The translations under genes and the position numbers were made by a program. This document shows positions 11,172-24,744 of a DNA stretch of 64,000 nucleotides, piece by piece. Numbering within the stretch: the stretch's first letter is position 1; each line of letters starts with the position of its first letter. The notes under the pieces are model-generated. The model was not told where the DNA came from, did not search any database, and worked only from the letters and a program-made list of their open reading frames with translations. Source of the stretch: Octopus bimaculoides (lineage: Eukaryota); contig NC_069003.1 in the NCBI RefSeq assembly GCF_001194135.2, forward strand, positions 11,867,909-11,931,908, in the 5' to 3' direction.

Positions 11172-14100
11172 TCTCTCCTCTCATTATTTCTTTCTCGTTT
11201 TTTTTCTCTCTTTTTCAATTTTTCCCTCTCCCTCTTTCTAATTTTCTCTTTCCCTCAATTTCAATTATTTTTCTCATTTCTGTCTCTCTCTTTAATCGTT
11301 TCTTTTATTTTTCTCTCCCTCGTTTTCATTCTCTTTTCCCTCCATTTTCTTTAACTCTTTCTTTTTCACCTCTCCCTCCCTCCTTTTCTGTTCCCCTTTC
11401 TCCCTCTCTTTCACTCCTCTATTTCTTTCTCCCTTGCTTTAATCATTTCTTTCCCCTCTTCCCTCTCCTCCCTTGTCTCTCTCTCCCTCCCCTTCACACA
11501 AAACCGCCATTTCTATAATCTCCCATATCAGCAAGACATCACCACTATTGATACGTAAGAAACATTTCCTTCATTTATTTCCCTTTTCCTATACCACACA
11601 TCATTTGCTTCTTCACCATTTGGTAAGCCTCCTTCAGTCCATTAATTCCTTCTCGAATACATTGACATTAAATACGACAAGCACCTATATATGATCTATA
11701 TACCTATCTCTGCAGAATTCCAGTGGTCAAGCGAACCCCTATCTTCAAAAAAAAAAGGAAGGCCACATTTCTCAGTGAAGCCCTAAATACTTTTTTTTAT
11801 GTGTGAAAATATAGATGTGATGGTCACAACTGTATCGTCTTCGATCATAAAGTCCATTCGATAATAATTGACTGACTGGAGGTTAAATAAAATCAGGAAG
11901 AACTCCAACAGAGAAAGTATGAGATACCCTAGATTAACTCATGTATAAATAACAGCTAAATGTCCCCTCAAATTGCACCCTGTTGGTTCAAAAAACAACG
12001 AGATATATTGGATAATGTCATAAATACAAAATGTCTAGAAAGAAAACAGATGGGCTGGTCATGGCTGGAATGCTTTTGAACATTAGGTTTACTGTGATAG
12101 AACAAATCTGGAGCTAAGCAATACCAACTAATGAATGAGTCCCCAACATGCTAGAAATATCAGCCAAATCGGCATAACTACACTTGTGTGCTTTCTCCAC
12201 CGACTTCAGAAAAAATGGCTATTTTTCTAAATGAAATTTTCTACAAATACGTTTTAGATGGTGTGGATTACGTTTATATCGGAATTTGATGTTAAATAAA
12301 TGATGTATAAAGAAACAGGGTCGAGGTGTGTGTATTATCCGACCCTCCACTGCAAAATTCTGGTATAATAGTAATCTACTCCATCTCAAAAGTATTTCTT
12401 GAAAATTTCATTAAAAAAAATATCCATTTTTCTCAAAGTTATGAGGAAACAAAGTCGATGTAGGGGCACACTCGGAAAAAGTATGAGATGCCCAAACTAA
12501 CTCGTAGAGAAATAACAGCTAAATAAACCCTCAGATTACACCCAAATGTTTCAAAGTACGAGTAACTAGTTACAGTACGTCTGGAGAAAAAAAGATGTAT
12601 AGGTCATGACTGGAGTGCTTTTGAGCGTAAATTTTGCTCAATTAAAGCTGACCTAGGGCTAAACAATCACCAATGAGCAAGCTCTTTCATGCAAGAAATA
12701 ACAACAAAATCGACCTCAAACCATACGTTACTGTCATAAAAAAGGAAGGTCGTATTAGATAATGTGACCCCTTGATGTTCGATGCACGATGTCTTAGTAA
12801 AAGACAGGATGGTCGCGTCTGGAACATCTTTGATAATAGTTCTGCTAGGTCAACAAACATGGTTCCTACCATGTCGTCTGCTTTCAATATTGATTTTTTT
12901 TTTAGTGATTATGCAGAAAATATTGATTAACAGACAATTGTTTTTGATTGATAATTTATAGTTTTTACATCTCTCGTTTCTTCATTAATTTATTTTTAAA
13001 CCTTCAATATTTTTCTTCTTTCTCTCTCTTTCTTTCTGTCACATTGTCTTTCGCTCCCTCTGTCTATTTCTATGTCTTCTCTCTCTCTCTCTCTCAATCT
13101 GTCTGCCTGTCTCTATCTCCTTATCTCGCCGTCTACCTTTCTCCTGGCTGTCCTTCTCTTCTTCTATCTGGAACCCTTTGGAAGCATCTACGTGATCACC
13201 AGTTCCGCCTCGAAATAGCTGCCAAATCCCATTCCTCAAATCATAAAAAAAGAAGGTCACACAGGAAGGATAATATAAGTCCTAGACACATTATGTCAAA
13301 AAAGATGGGATGGCACGGTTGGCACGTTTGATAAAGGAAGAAAGCCCTGGAAGCTAAACGAGTGGCCGCTAGTTGGTTACTCATCATACTAGAAATAACA
13401 GCCAAATTTCCTTCATATCTTACCTTACTGTCTTTATAAAAAAATATATTAATATGAACCTAGTTATACTGTGTGAAATAAAAATAAGACAGGATGGTCA
13501 CAATTGGAGTCGCGTCTTTCATCGTGCTTTTCTGCTCGATCAGAGCTGGCCTAGGGCTAAATAACAGCAGCAACAATCGCTCTCCTACCCATCACCTCAG
13601 TTTTTTTTTTTCAATCAAAGTTTATCAATCGATAAATAATGGTTTTGTTGATAATATCTTCTTTTATTTCTAATCTGTGTTCCTTTCATTTCCACAATTA
13701 AAATATAATTATTTTCAGCTTGATTAGCTTCTGAAGACTTTCCATTAGGTCTTCATTTTTAACCCTCAAGTCAGCTAATCGTTGATCCGGCAGACGTTCA
13801 GACAAAGACGTTCCAACCCTGATCATCCCGTCTGTACTTACTGTTCATAATGGATCTAGAACCATTTTATCCAATCTATCAGTCATTCCTTTTTAAGTTA
13901 GTACGATGTGATTTATGAGCAATTTGGCTGCTATTTTTAGTTGGTTAAAGCTCCTATGTTTGTACTAATGTTGTTTAGCTCTGTATCAGTCCTGTTCGAA
14001 TAGACAACCTATAAACAGGGATATTCCAACCGTGACCATCTCGTTGTTTCAAATATTGTGTGTCTATCTGTACATTATTCACTGTCCTCTTTTTTAAGCC

Positions 14101-14199
14101 AGTAAGGTGTGATTTAAGGCAGATTTGGTTGTTATTTCTAGCATATTAGCTTCTATGTGGTTAAGAGAGGGAGAAAGAAAGGATAAAGAGATTGATGAA

Positions 14200-14640
14200 G
14201 GTTTTAAAATAGTTAATTTAATTAAAGAAGAAATGAAGGAGGAATGTTAAGAAGATTAATCATCAATCAAAAATGATTGTTAATAAATTTCTTCTTCAAT
14301 CACAAAAAAAAATCAATCATGTTGATCAGATGTATCAATTAGACATGATGGGAGCCATGTTTGGTTTTGTATGACCATAGATCAGTCTTGATCCAGCATG
14401 TTTGTTGAACAGCTAAGTCCTGGGTTTTAAAATAATTAATGAAAAAAATGAAGGAGAAATGTAAGAAAATTAATCATCAGTCACAAATGATTGTCTGTTT
14501 ATCAATAAATTTCTTGTATAATCCCTAAAAAATCAATAATGTTGAGATCAGATGTATCATTTAGACATGATGGGAGCCATGTTTGGTTTTGTATGGCCCT
14601 AGGTCATCTTGATCCAGCAGGTTCATTGAACAACTAAGTT
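14200..14640. repeat. Local tandem duplication, two ~220-bp diverged units
   Basis: TTTTAAAATA...AAGAA.ATTAATCATCA...GATCAGATGTATCA.TTAGACATGATGGGAGCCATGTTTGGTTTTGTATG...CTTGATCCAGCA...TTGAACA.CTAAGT occurs twice. Confidence 0.9.
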
Positions 14641-15350
14641 TGGTCCATAGATCCCCACCACTCCAAATATGTCAACCATTCCACAGTATGCTCCGTTGGA
14701 TGTGTAATGTCAATGTGAATACCCGTCAGAGTGTAAGTATCTTGAGAGAAAAGCTGAACATTAGAAGCATCAGTTGTGGCGTGCAAGAGAGACGATTGCG
14801 CTGGTATGGACATGTGGTGAGAATGGAGGAGGATAGCTGCGTGAAAAAGTGCCACACCCTAACAGTTGAGGGAACCCGTGGAAGAGGTAGGCCCAGGAAG
14901 ACCTGGGCTGAGGTGGTGAGGTAAGACCTTCGTACATTGGGCCTCACCGAGGCGATGACTACNNNNNNNNNNNNNNNNNNNNNNNNNNNNNNNNNNNNNN
15001 NNNNNNNNNNNNNNNNNNNNNNNNNNNNNNNNNNNNNNNNNNNNNNNNNNNNNNNNNNNNNNNNNNNNNNNNNNNNNNNNNNNNNNNNNNNNNNNNNNNN
15101 NNNNNNNNNNNNNNNNNNNNNNNNNNNNNNNNATTTCGAGCGTGGCCGTTTTCGTGCGGGTGACACGTAAAAGCACCCACTACACTCTCTGAGTGGTTGG
15201 CGTTAGGAAGGGCATCCAGCTGTAGAAACTCTGCCAAATCGGACTGGAGCCTGGTGTTGCCATCCGGTTTCACCAGTCCTCAGTCAAATCGTCCAACCCA
15301 TGCTAGCATGGAAAGCGGACGTTAAACGATGATGATGATGATGATGATGA
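14640..15350 (+). mobile_element. RTE-clade LINE 3' end (gapped) with (GAT)n tail
   Basis: RRLRWYGHVVRMEEDSCVKKCHTLTVEGTRGRGRPRKTW; 3' UTR GGTTGGCGTTAGGAAGGGCATCC...GGAAAGCGGACGTTAAAC(GAT)n. Confidence 0.9.
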
Positions 15351-16650
15351 TTCCACCTCTTCCCAAGTAATATTAGAACCCACAAATAATGTGTACTCTG
15401 ATATATCAAAATTGTCATTATTGTTTAACCTCATGTCATCCATTATTGGGTAGATCTATGATTAAAGATGTTTCAATCTTGAAACCTCACATCTTTTATA
15501 TTCCCCCCCCCCCAAAAAAAAAAACATTCCCCCCCCATTTAATGTTAATTATATACATTTTTACTTTTCAGTTTGTTGTCATCAACCGAGAGAATACCAT
15601 AATATTTTGATTTTTTTATGTGGTACAATAACTTATTTGATTTTGCTTGATGGTCACATCTGGCTGGATCACAACAGCACACATGCACCATTGCTGTGTG
15701 GTTAAGAAGTTCACTTTGCAATGATGTGGTTTCAGGTTCAGTCCTACTGCGTGGTATCTTCAGCAAATATCTTCTACTGTAGCCCTGGATTGACTAATGC
15801 CTTGTGATTAAATTTGGTTGGTGCAAACTATAGAAGCCCATTATATACATATGTGCGTGTGTGTTTGTCTGTGTCACCCAACCACCATCATTTGACAACT
15901 AGTGTTGGTTTGTTTATGTCTGTAACTTAGCGTTCGGCTAAAGAGGTCTGATGGAATAAGTACCAGATTTAGTAAGTACTGGGGTTTGATCTATCCTATT
16001 AAAATCATTCAAGACGGTGCCCCAGCATGGTCACAGTCCAGTGACCGAGACAAATAGAAATATCTAAAAGAAAAAACATGCACACCACATACCACACATA
16101 CACACCACACATAGCTGCTGCCATCAACACTGCAACCCCCCATAGTCTTATGAGATTGTGTGAGATCTACATTAGCCATAATTGTAAACATTACTGAAAT
16201 CTGTTACACTTGAGTCTAATGCCTCCTCTTCAATTATGGGACATTAACATGGAAACCCAACAATTACTGTCTGTTATTATTATAATTACAATAATCATTG
16301 TCAGTTAATGTAAATACTGAGACAGTTTTTAATTGAATCAATCCAAAACATGGTCTCCCTTTGCCTCTTTTAGCTTTTTTTTTCTTTTCTCTTGATTCAG
16401 ACCTGCTGCCACCACGGGGTGGCTTTCTTTCATCATCTTTTTCTTTCTTTCTCTCTCTCTTTTTACTGTAGGGGAAATATGTATTTATTTACTTTTTGTA
16501 TATCTTTGTCCTTCTCCTCTGTCTGTCTCTCTCTGTCCAATCTCCTCTCCCTACAAAAGCAAACAAATCACAATTTCAGTTACTGTCAAGCTTTCCATGG
16601 CAAAAGTTTAATAAACATGTACTCAGTTAAAAAGTATTGAGTTGTCCTTG

Positions 16651-16699
<49 letters not shown>

Positions 16700-17190
16700 N
16701 NNNNNNNNNNNNNNNNNNNNNNNNNNNNNNNNNNNNNNNNNNNNNNNNNNNNNNNNNNNNNNNNNNNNNNNNNNNNNNNNNNNNNNNNNNNNNNNNNNNN
16801 NNNNNNNNNNNNNNNNNNNNNNNNNNNNNNNNNNNNNNNNNNNNNNNNNNNNNNNNNNNNNNNNNNNNNNNNNNNNNNNNNNNNNNNNNNNNNNNNNNNN
16901 NNNNNNNNNNNNNNNNNNNNNNNNNNNNNNNNNNNNNNNNNNNNNNNNNNNNNNNNNNNNNNNNNNNNNNNNNNNNNNNNNNNNNNNNNNNNNNNNNNNN
17001 NNNNNNNNNNNNNNNNNNNNNNNNNNNNNNNNNNNNNNNNNNNNNNNNNNNNNNNNNNNNNNNNNNNNNNNNNNNNNNNNNNNNNNNNNNNNNNNNNNNN
17101 NNNNNNNNNNNNNNNNNNNNNNNNNNNNNNNNNNNNNNNNNNNNNNNNNNNNNNNNNNNNNNNNNNNNNNNNNNNNNNNNNNNNNNNNNN

Positions 17191-17323
17191 NATAAGAAGC
17201 TTGCTTCCCAACCACCACATGGTTCCAGGTTCAGTCCCACTACATGGCAAGTGTCTTCTACTATAGCCTTGGGCTGACCAAAGCCTTGTGAGTGGATTTG
17301 GTAGGCAGGAACTGAAAGAAGCT

Positions 17324-17375
<52 letters not shown>

Positions 17376-17590
17376 TGTGTGTGTATGTTTGTGTGTCTGT
17401 GTTTGCCCCTCCCACTATTACTTGACAACTGATGTTGGTGTGTTTATGTCCCCGTAATTTAGCGGTTTGGCAAAAGACACTGATAGAATAAGTACTAGGT
17501 TTGCAAAAAATAAGACCTGGGGTTGATTCGTTCGACTAAAGGTAGTGCTCCAGCATGGCTACAGTCAAATGACTGAAACAAGTAAAAGTA
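17191..17590 (+). mobile_element. SINE family A
   Basis: Same head, core and tail as 5914-6275. Confidence 0.88.
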
Positions 17591-17989
17591 GTATACTCTT
17601 GAGGTTAATTTGTGAGGTGGGTGAGTATTCCAAAACATAAACCCTTCAGGTAATTCTCAGGCAAAATTAGCTTGACATTATGTGACAAAGCTGTAGTTTT
17701 TTTTTTAATTACAGGTACAATCCACTTGATGGTCTTCTACATAGTTTCTGTTTATCAAGTTTCACTCACAAGTTATTGGTTGATCTGAGGCTATAAATAA
17801 AAAGAAAATTTACCCAAGAAGTCCTACAGTGGGATCAAATCTAGGGCCTCATGTTTGTAACACAAACTTCTTAACTGTTTGACCATATTGTGCCTTCAAG
17901 TATAATTATTATGTTTCACTTGTTTCAAATTTTGATACAAGGCTAGAAATTTTATGGACAGTGTTAGTTGATCACATCAACCCCAGTAC

Positions 17990-18395
17990 TTGATTACTCT
18001 TTTACTTGTTTCAGTCATTTGATTGCGGCCGTGCTGGAGCACCGCCTTTAGTCGAGCAACTCGACCCCAGGACTTATTCTTTGTAAGCCTAGTACTTATT
18101 CTATCGGTCTCTTTTGCCGAACCGCTAAGTAATGGGAACATAAACACACCAGCATCGGTTGTCAAGCGATGCTGGCGGGGGGACAAGCACAGACACAAAC
18201 TTATACGCACACATACATGTATCTCCATATATGCGACTGGCTTCTTTCAGTTTCCGTCTACCAAATTCACTCACAAGGCTTTGGTCAGCCCGAGGCTATA
18301 GTAGAAGACATTTGCCCAAGGTGCCACGCAGTGGGACTGAACCTAGAACCATGTGGTTGGTAAACAAGCTACTTACCACACAGCCACTCCTGCAC
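17990..18395 (-). mobile_element. SINE family A (inverted relative to 17191-17590)
   Basis: Reverse-complement full-length copy. Confidence 0.88.
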
Positions 18396-19039
18396 CTATA
18401 TTGATATTTGATTGATATTTTATTTTATTGATCCTGGAGAAGGATAACAGGCAAAGTTAATCATGGTGGAATTTGAACTTGGCATGTAAAGAGCTGGAAG
18501 AATTGCCACTAAAAATTTTATCTGACATACTAAAACTATATCATTTTTGTTATATCTATCACTTATATTTCATTGCTGATTATTAACAATTATTTGTTTA
18601 CCTTGCACTTCAATTTAGCATAGTTTGTTTCATTTTTGCCCTCCATATTATATGTACAAAGTTCAAAAGATTGCCCTACAGCAACGATCTGCAACCTTTT
18701 TTTCACTTGCAAGTACACTTATATTCTTTTCAAAATTCTGCAGCACACATGAAGTAAAAACATAACTAAACGTATAGGGAAAAAAAATTATATTCAGGTT
18801 GCACTGCAGCACACCTAGCATCGTCTCATGGCACACCAGTGTGCTGTGGCATACCGGTTGTGGAGCAGTGCCCTACAGGCAGTCAGATTTTTTAATCCAG
18901 TCTTGTGTTGTTTCATATATCAATCATGACTGTTTCTTTTCTCTGTCAATTCCTGTTTTGCTCACTTTAGCTTATCCCTCTCTTAGCAGACCAATGAACA
19001 AAGATGTTCCAATCATGATGTCTTTTCTTTTTATCAGAT

Positions 19040-19430
19040 GTTTCAGTCATTTGACTGGCCATGCTGGAGCACTGCCTTTTAGTCGCGCAAATCGACCCCA
19101 GGACTTATTCTTTGTAAGCCTGGTACTTATTCTATCGATCTCTTTTTGCCGAACTGCTAAGTTACGGGGACGTAAACACACCAGCCTCGGTTGTCAAGCG
19201 AAGTTGGGGGGACAAACACAGACACACAAACATATACACACATACATATACATATACATATATACAACGGGCTTCTTTCAGTTTCCGTCTACCAAATCCC
19301 CCCACAAGGCTTTGGTCGGCCCAAGGCTATAGTAGAAGACACTTTCCCAAGGTGCCATGCAGTGAGACAGAACCCAGAACCATGTGGTTGGTAAGCAAGC
19401 TACTTACCACACAGCAACTCCTGTGCCTAT
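19040..19430 (-). mobile_element. SINE family A
   Basis: Reverse-complement full-length copy. Confidence 0.88.
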
Positions 19431-21499
19431 CTATTCCATTATATAAAAAAAAAGCTGCTTTTAGATTAGTTTGGAGTATGTGATTTTTACTAAAGGAAGG
19501 CAATTATAAAAGTCTTCCCTATCTAGAAAACTCTTAAAAATTTTAATATATCTTTCAAAATCCGGTTTTTAGTATTCTTTTATTATTGAAGATTTCAACT
19601 ACAGAAGACACATTTTTATTCTTTGTGAGATATTGTTTTTTTAACACTGTGAGGTAGTGTCCCTTCTTTGTCTTTTCTCTATCATACACTTTATGATGCT
19701 ACTTTCTACCGCCAAATCAGTAAAAACATTTCTCCAAATAATAAGTGTAACCCAGTATCAGCTAAATTACTTGTGGGATGTTTTTCAAGAAGGAAAGTAG
19801 TTTTAATTTATTTATGACAATTGTACCAAATATAAATTTTTGTCCAGAATCATATCTTATGTACCCATTTGTTTTTAAACATGGTTGTGTGTGGTTCACT
19901 GAAGATTTGGCTGCTATTTTGAGCAGGTTAAGTGACCATGTAAACACCCTGTTATTGTAGACAAGAGCTGTAAATATATACTTTAGGGTGTGTGTTTTAG
20001 TGCTGTCTTTTAGAACATTTGCAGGAATTGTTCTGTTGGATGTAAGCTACATGAGGTATTTAGGACGCACAAAGTATCAAATCTCTTGTTCAGTGTAGGA
20101 TAAATGAAGGAAAATGGGGTGGTGTGTGTGTGTTGGTAATAATTACTTAATGAGTGGATTTATAGAAGAGTTTTTGATTTGTTGAATTGCAATGAGATGT
20201 GAAGAAGTTAAATTTCGTTTGACAGTGAAGGAAAGAGAAAGGGTGGTATGTGTGCAAGTGTGTATTGGCTTGAGTAGTGTGGAATAGAATCTGGTCTCTC
20301 TCTCAATCTAGAAATCTTCTGTTATTATTTATTCTCCATGGTAACTTTGAAACTCCACGTATTACTGGTATTGGTTCAGAAAAACTGCTACATTTCAAAT
20401 ATATATTATATTGCTTTAAAATGTAACTCTCCTGCACTTAGTTGTCAGGTAAGAAGCGAGGTGATAATGACGTATATGCAAATATTGTGAATAGATTTCA
20501 ATACATGGTAGAAGAAATATAGAACTACATACAAACACACTGTCTTCCTAATTGTCTCATTCTGTATATATGTGTGCATATAATTATACATATATATATA
20601 TCTTATATGTATAAAAGATTTTTTGTGTGTGTATGTTCCTTATGCATTCCAAAACCGAGTTGCCGATTTTGACATATGGAGTATCAAAAGATTCAGTAGG
20701 CTTTGCCTACCAACTAAACTATATTTTCATTCACCATATTTGCATTACAAAAATTTAACATTGTCATTTTTCTTTTAGTCACCTATTGTAAACGCCATTT
20801 TATATCACCACCACAATGATAATGACGTCACATTTTCTATATGAGTGTGTTCGTGACCTATGTTAGGCCAATGACTGACAAGTATATGTGTGTGACGGTG
20901 TATGTGTCTGTCAGCATACACACATTTTTGTGACGACTGATACACACAGGGACAGAGATAAGCTTCAGGTATGCATTAATGTGTGTATTAGTTTATGTGT
21001 GTAACTTTCTCCTGCCACCAGTGAAACGCACCGATATCGAAAGTTTGGTTGCGGTCAGCATTCACTTTGAAGTACTGCCAACATAAAGATTTGGTTGATT
21101 TAACACCATTCACAATACTTGCAAATATATCTGAAAAAGAAATGTTATTCTGGTTATTATAACAAAGCAAAGTAGAAAGCCTCGGCAGCTCTTTCAGTAT
21201 AATTACAGAAATGTTATTCCACTCCTTCTAACCAGTTTCAAGATAATTTTCAACAGTCCTCCCAAGCTTCTTCATCAGTATCAACGTCACAAAACCTTTT
21301 TACTGCGTTAGTATTTATTCTACAGCCTATAACGTTACACAGTTAAAAAATATGTAGGAATGTCAAGTTAATTTATATCTTGCTATAAACATGGAACGAG
21401 TTATCTTGCTTGTCTATGGTTCCCAGGTGTTTTAACACCAGCTGGATTGATGAGAAAATATTGTGTATGTGTGTTCAATATATATATATATATATATAT

Positions 21500-21872
21500 G
21501 GAGGCGCAATGGCCCAGTGGTTAGGGCAGTCGACTCGTGGTTTTGATTCCCAGACCGGGCGTTGTGAGTGTTTATTGAGTGAAAACACCTAAATCTCCAC
21601 GAGGCTCCGGCAGGGGATGGTGGTGAACCCTGCTGTACTCTTTCACCACAACTTTCTCTCACTCTTACTTCCTGTTTCTGTTGTGCCTGTAATTCAAAGG
21701 GTCAGCCTTGTCACACTGTGTGTCACGCTGAATCTCCACGAGAGCTACGTTAAGGGTACACGTGTCTGTGGAGTGCTCAGCCACTTGCACGCTAATTTCA
21801 CGAGCAGGCTGTTCCGTTGATCGGATCAACTGGAACCCTCGACGTTGTAAGCGACGGAGTGCCAACAACAAC
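21500..21872 (+). mobile_element. tRNA-derived SINE, family C
   Basis: Near-identical to 10803-11171; flanked by (TA)n. Confidence 0.9.
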
Positions 21873-22092
21873 ATATATATATATATATCTCAAAGGGGCT
21901 AAACACTTATGACCAGCATGTTTGAGAAATTGTCAATATTGCAAGTGCAAAAGTTGGTGCAAATCAAAACTTTTAGTAACATTCTGACCTAGTTTTATGC
22001 CGTAACTATTAATATACTCTCAATAATATATGTATATTAAATACCATACAACATAAATTCTTGATTTATTAAAATTATCTCTGCTTCTAGAG

Positions 22093-22326
22093 CAGTGGTT
22101 CTCAACTGGGGTCCACATAAGATTTTGTTGTTAAAATTTATGTGCAATACTTATACTTCTACAATACACAAAATATTAAAAATTTCTTTATACAATTCCT
22201 AATAATATTTAACTATAAGAATACAGTAGGAATTTTTTATATACATCGAATGGCTATGGAGGTCCAGTGGAGTAAAATAGGAATCAAAGAGGTTCATAGG
22301 CAAGAAAAAATGGTTGAGAACCTCTG
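22093..22326. mobile_element. hAT (Charlie-like) MITE
   Basis: TIR CAGTGGTTCTCAAC / GTTGAGAACCTCTG; degenerate 8-bp TSD TTCTAGAG / CTCTTGAG resembling the CTCTAGAG target. Confidence 0.75.
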
Positions 22327-23728
22327 CTCTTGAGGATGTATCACATTAGGTATCACTATAGAACACTGTACAATGGCGACAAGCACAGTTCAAACCTGCA
22401 AAAGCACACTTTTTGCTTTATCATTTTCATGTCAAAATAAATATTTTTGAAGAAAATTATATAACATTTGAAAAGTTCTGGATGTGAACTTTCTTCTCAT
22501 ATAATTTTAATTAAAATCTGACAGTTACATATCATGTCAGGGTCCCTCAAAAACCCTAATATTTACAAAATTTGTCCTGTTTTTCTTTTTTTTTTCTTTT
22601 TTTTGACTGCTGAATAGTAGCCTTCATTCTAGTTCATTGCACTTGAGCACTGTAACTCTAGTTGTGTTAGAAATGATATTGTCATAATGCAGAAGGTTTT
22701 CAATTTATTTTCATATAAAAAAATCAATGGGAATAGGTCAGATGATCATTATGAAATATAAAAGTTAAAATTTTGTTAATTTTTACTTAGAAAAGGGCAT
22801 ATTTTCTTCAAGATTTTATATTATAAGAAAAAAAAAAAATTCTCATGAATTCAATATAGTCATTGATAGTTCTGACCACTCCATGGTGAAAAAGTGCAAA
22901 GTCACTAAAAAGGGTGGTTTTCTGACTCTACTTGCTAAACTGATATATTTGCACATGGCAAGAGGTCGAACAGAACACAAATCCAAGGCTTCAAATATTG
23001 AGTTTGAGCTAGGATTTCAGGAAATGGGCAAACTAATTACTAAGTAAAAATATATTTCTACAAAACAATGCACTAAGTTGAGTTTAATGAGTCTTCTTGA
23101 GCCCAAACTTAGCATGAAATTGTTGTATTGAGAATGTTGTTTATTCCTTCTTGCTGTTTTAACATGCGGAGAGCCTTTAGGCAAACCTAGTGGATATGCT
23201 TGTACATGTAAATTTTATTTTTCTTTAAGAAATATTGGTCAAATTCCACCAATAAAAATCATGAATGTCCCAAAAGTTTTCTTCCTAAAAAGCTTATCCC
23301 CATCATTTCCAAGACTGTGATGCAAATAAACAAAAATTGTAAAAGTCCCCATCAAAACGGAGAAAATCCAACTTATGTGGGTGTCCTGATCCAAAATTCC
23401 ACCATTTACAGCCATTTTTAATAGACTATTAAAATTTTATTGAAATGGTGTCATGTACTAAAATCTTATAATTTATTTATTTCCATAACTACTACAAATG
23501 TGCCAAAACTCAACTTCTTGTGACTGGAAGTTTTGGGATTTGTTAGGTCTGAAGACACTGCAAAATTCACCATCTGTTACAGGCTTTTCATAAATATTTA
23601 AAATATTGCCTAGAAAAATGTTTTCCTTCCAAGAACCTGAAAAAGAAATAGGTAACTACTATACCATGGTCACTATTAATTTGTGTAATTTATCACCTCA
23701 GTTTCAAAATTATGACATCACAAATATA

Positions 23729-24594
23729 TTGGGTTATTCCATAAATAATGCAGTTTTTTCAATTGCATGAAGTAAAAGTCAGAGGGGGAAGAATAAACTA
23801 CATACAACAACTTGCTATAAAAGTAGGTAGTAATGTTACCTTTGTTTTTATTTTTGGTGCAAATTTTGAAGAGTGCAGTTCCATTTTAATAGTTATTTTT
23901 TCAAAACTAAAATGGAAGTGACAAAGGAGCATATTTGGCATTATGAGTTCAATAAAGGTAACAATGTAATGGAGAATGCGAGGCATATTAATGCAGTATA
24001 TGGAGATAGGACAATAAGTGCAGGCCAGTGTCAGTGGTGGTTCCAGAAATTCCAAGCTGGAAACTACGGCCTAGAAGATGAGCCTCGTCCTGGAAGAGCT
24101 TGACAAGGATGTCTTGCAAACCCTAGTGGAACAAAATCCCATTGTAACTGTTGAGGAACTAGCAAAGAAGCTTGGATTTAGTCATTCAACCATTCATCGA
24201 CACCTATGCTTGAAGAAATTAACGACCGTCTTTGGTTTCAAGATGGAAGGTGTTCTTCCATCAGGATAATGCTTGGCCACATACAGCAAGGAATGACATT
24301 CCAAAGGCTGGAGCTATTTGAATGGGAAACAATACTCCACCCACCGTATTTGCTGGACATTGCCCCATCTGATTATGAATTCTGTAGACAAGGTCAGAAT
24401 AGTACTGGAGGAGAATTTTTCATCACAGACAAGTGAATTTTGGACGAGGGGCCTTGTGAGTCTACCAGATAGATGGAAGAGCATTATAGAAAATGGAGAG
24501 TATAATTTAGATTAAAAAAGAACTTTGTTTATCTTAATTTTGAAAATAAAAGAAATATTTAAAAAAAAAACGCATCATTTATGGGATGACCCAA
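23729..24594 (+). mobile_element. Internally deleted mariner transposon
   Basis: TA-flanked imperfect TIRs (TTGGGTTATTCCATAAATAATGC / GCATCATTTATGGGATGACCCAA). Broken transposase: MEVTKEHIW...WFQKFQAGNYGLEDEPRPGR and HPPYLLDIAPSDY (YSPDLAPSDY motif). About 870 bp. Confidence 0.9.
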
Positions 24595-24744
24595 TAGCTA
24601 CTTAATAAATTTGGATGTTCTCCAAGAAAACATACCATAGAAATTACAATTTAATATTTTCAAAAATTCATGGGATACCTAGTCACATGGTCCAATCTTC
24701 AATTGTTGAAACTGAGTGAAAATATAATAAGTTGATTTATCGTC

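Noticed and set aside
20988-21170. Minus-strand ORF with KSLCWQYF (BED-finger-like) after a good acceptor
   Set aside because: No Cys/His completion of the finger and no donor; it lies in a probable Helitron-like repeat starting near 20601.
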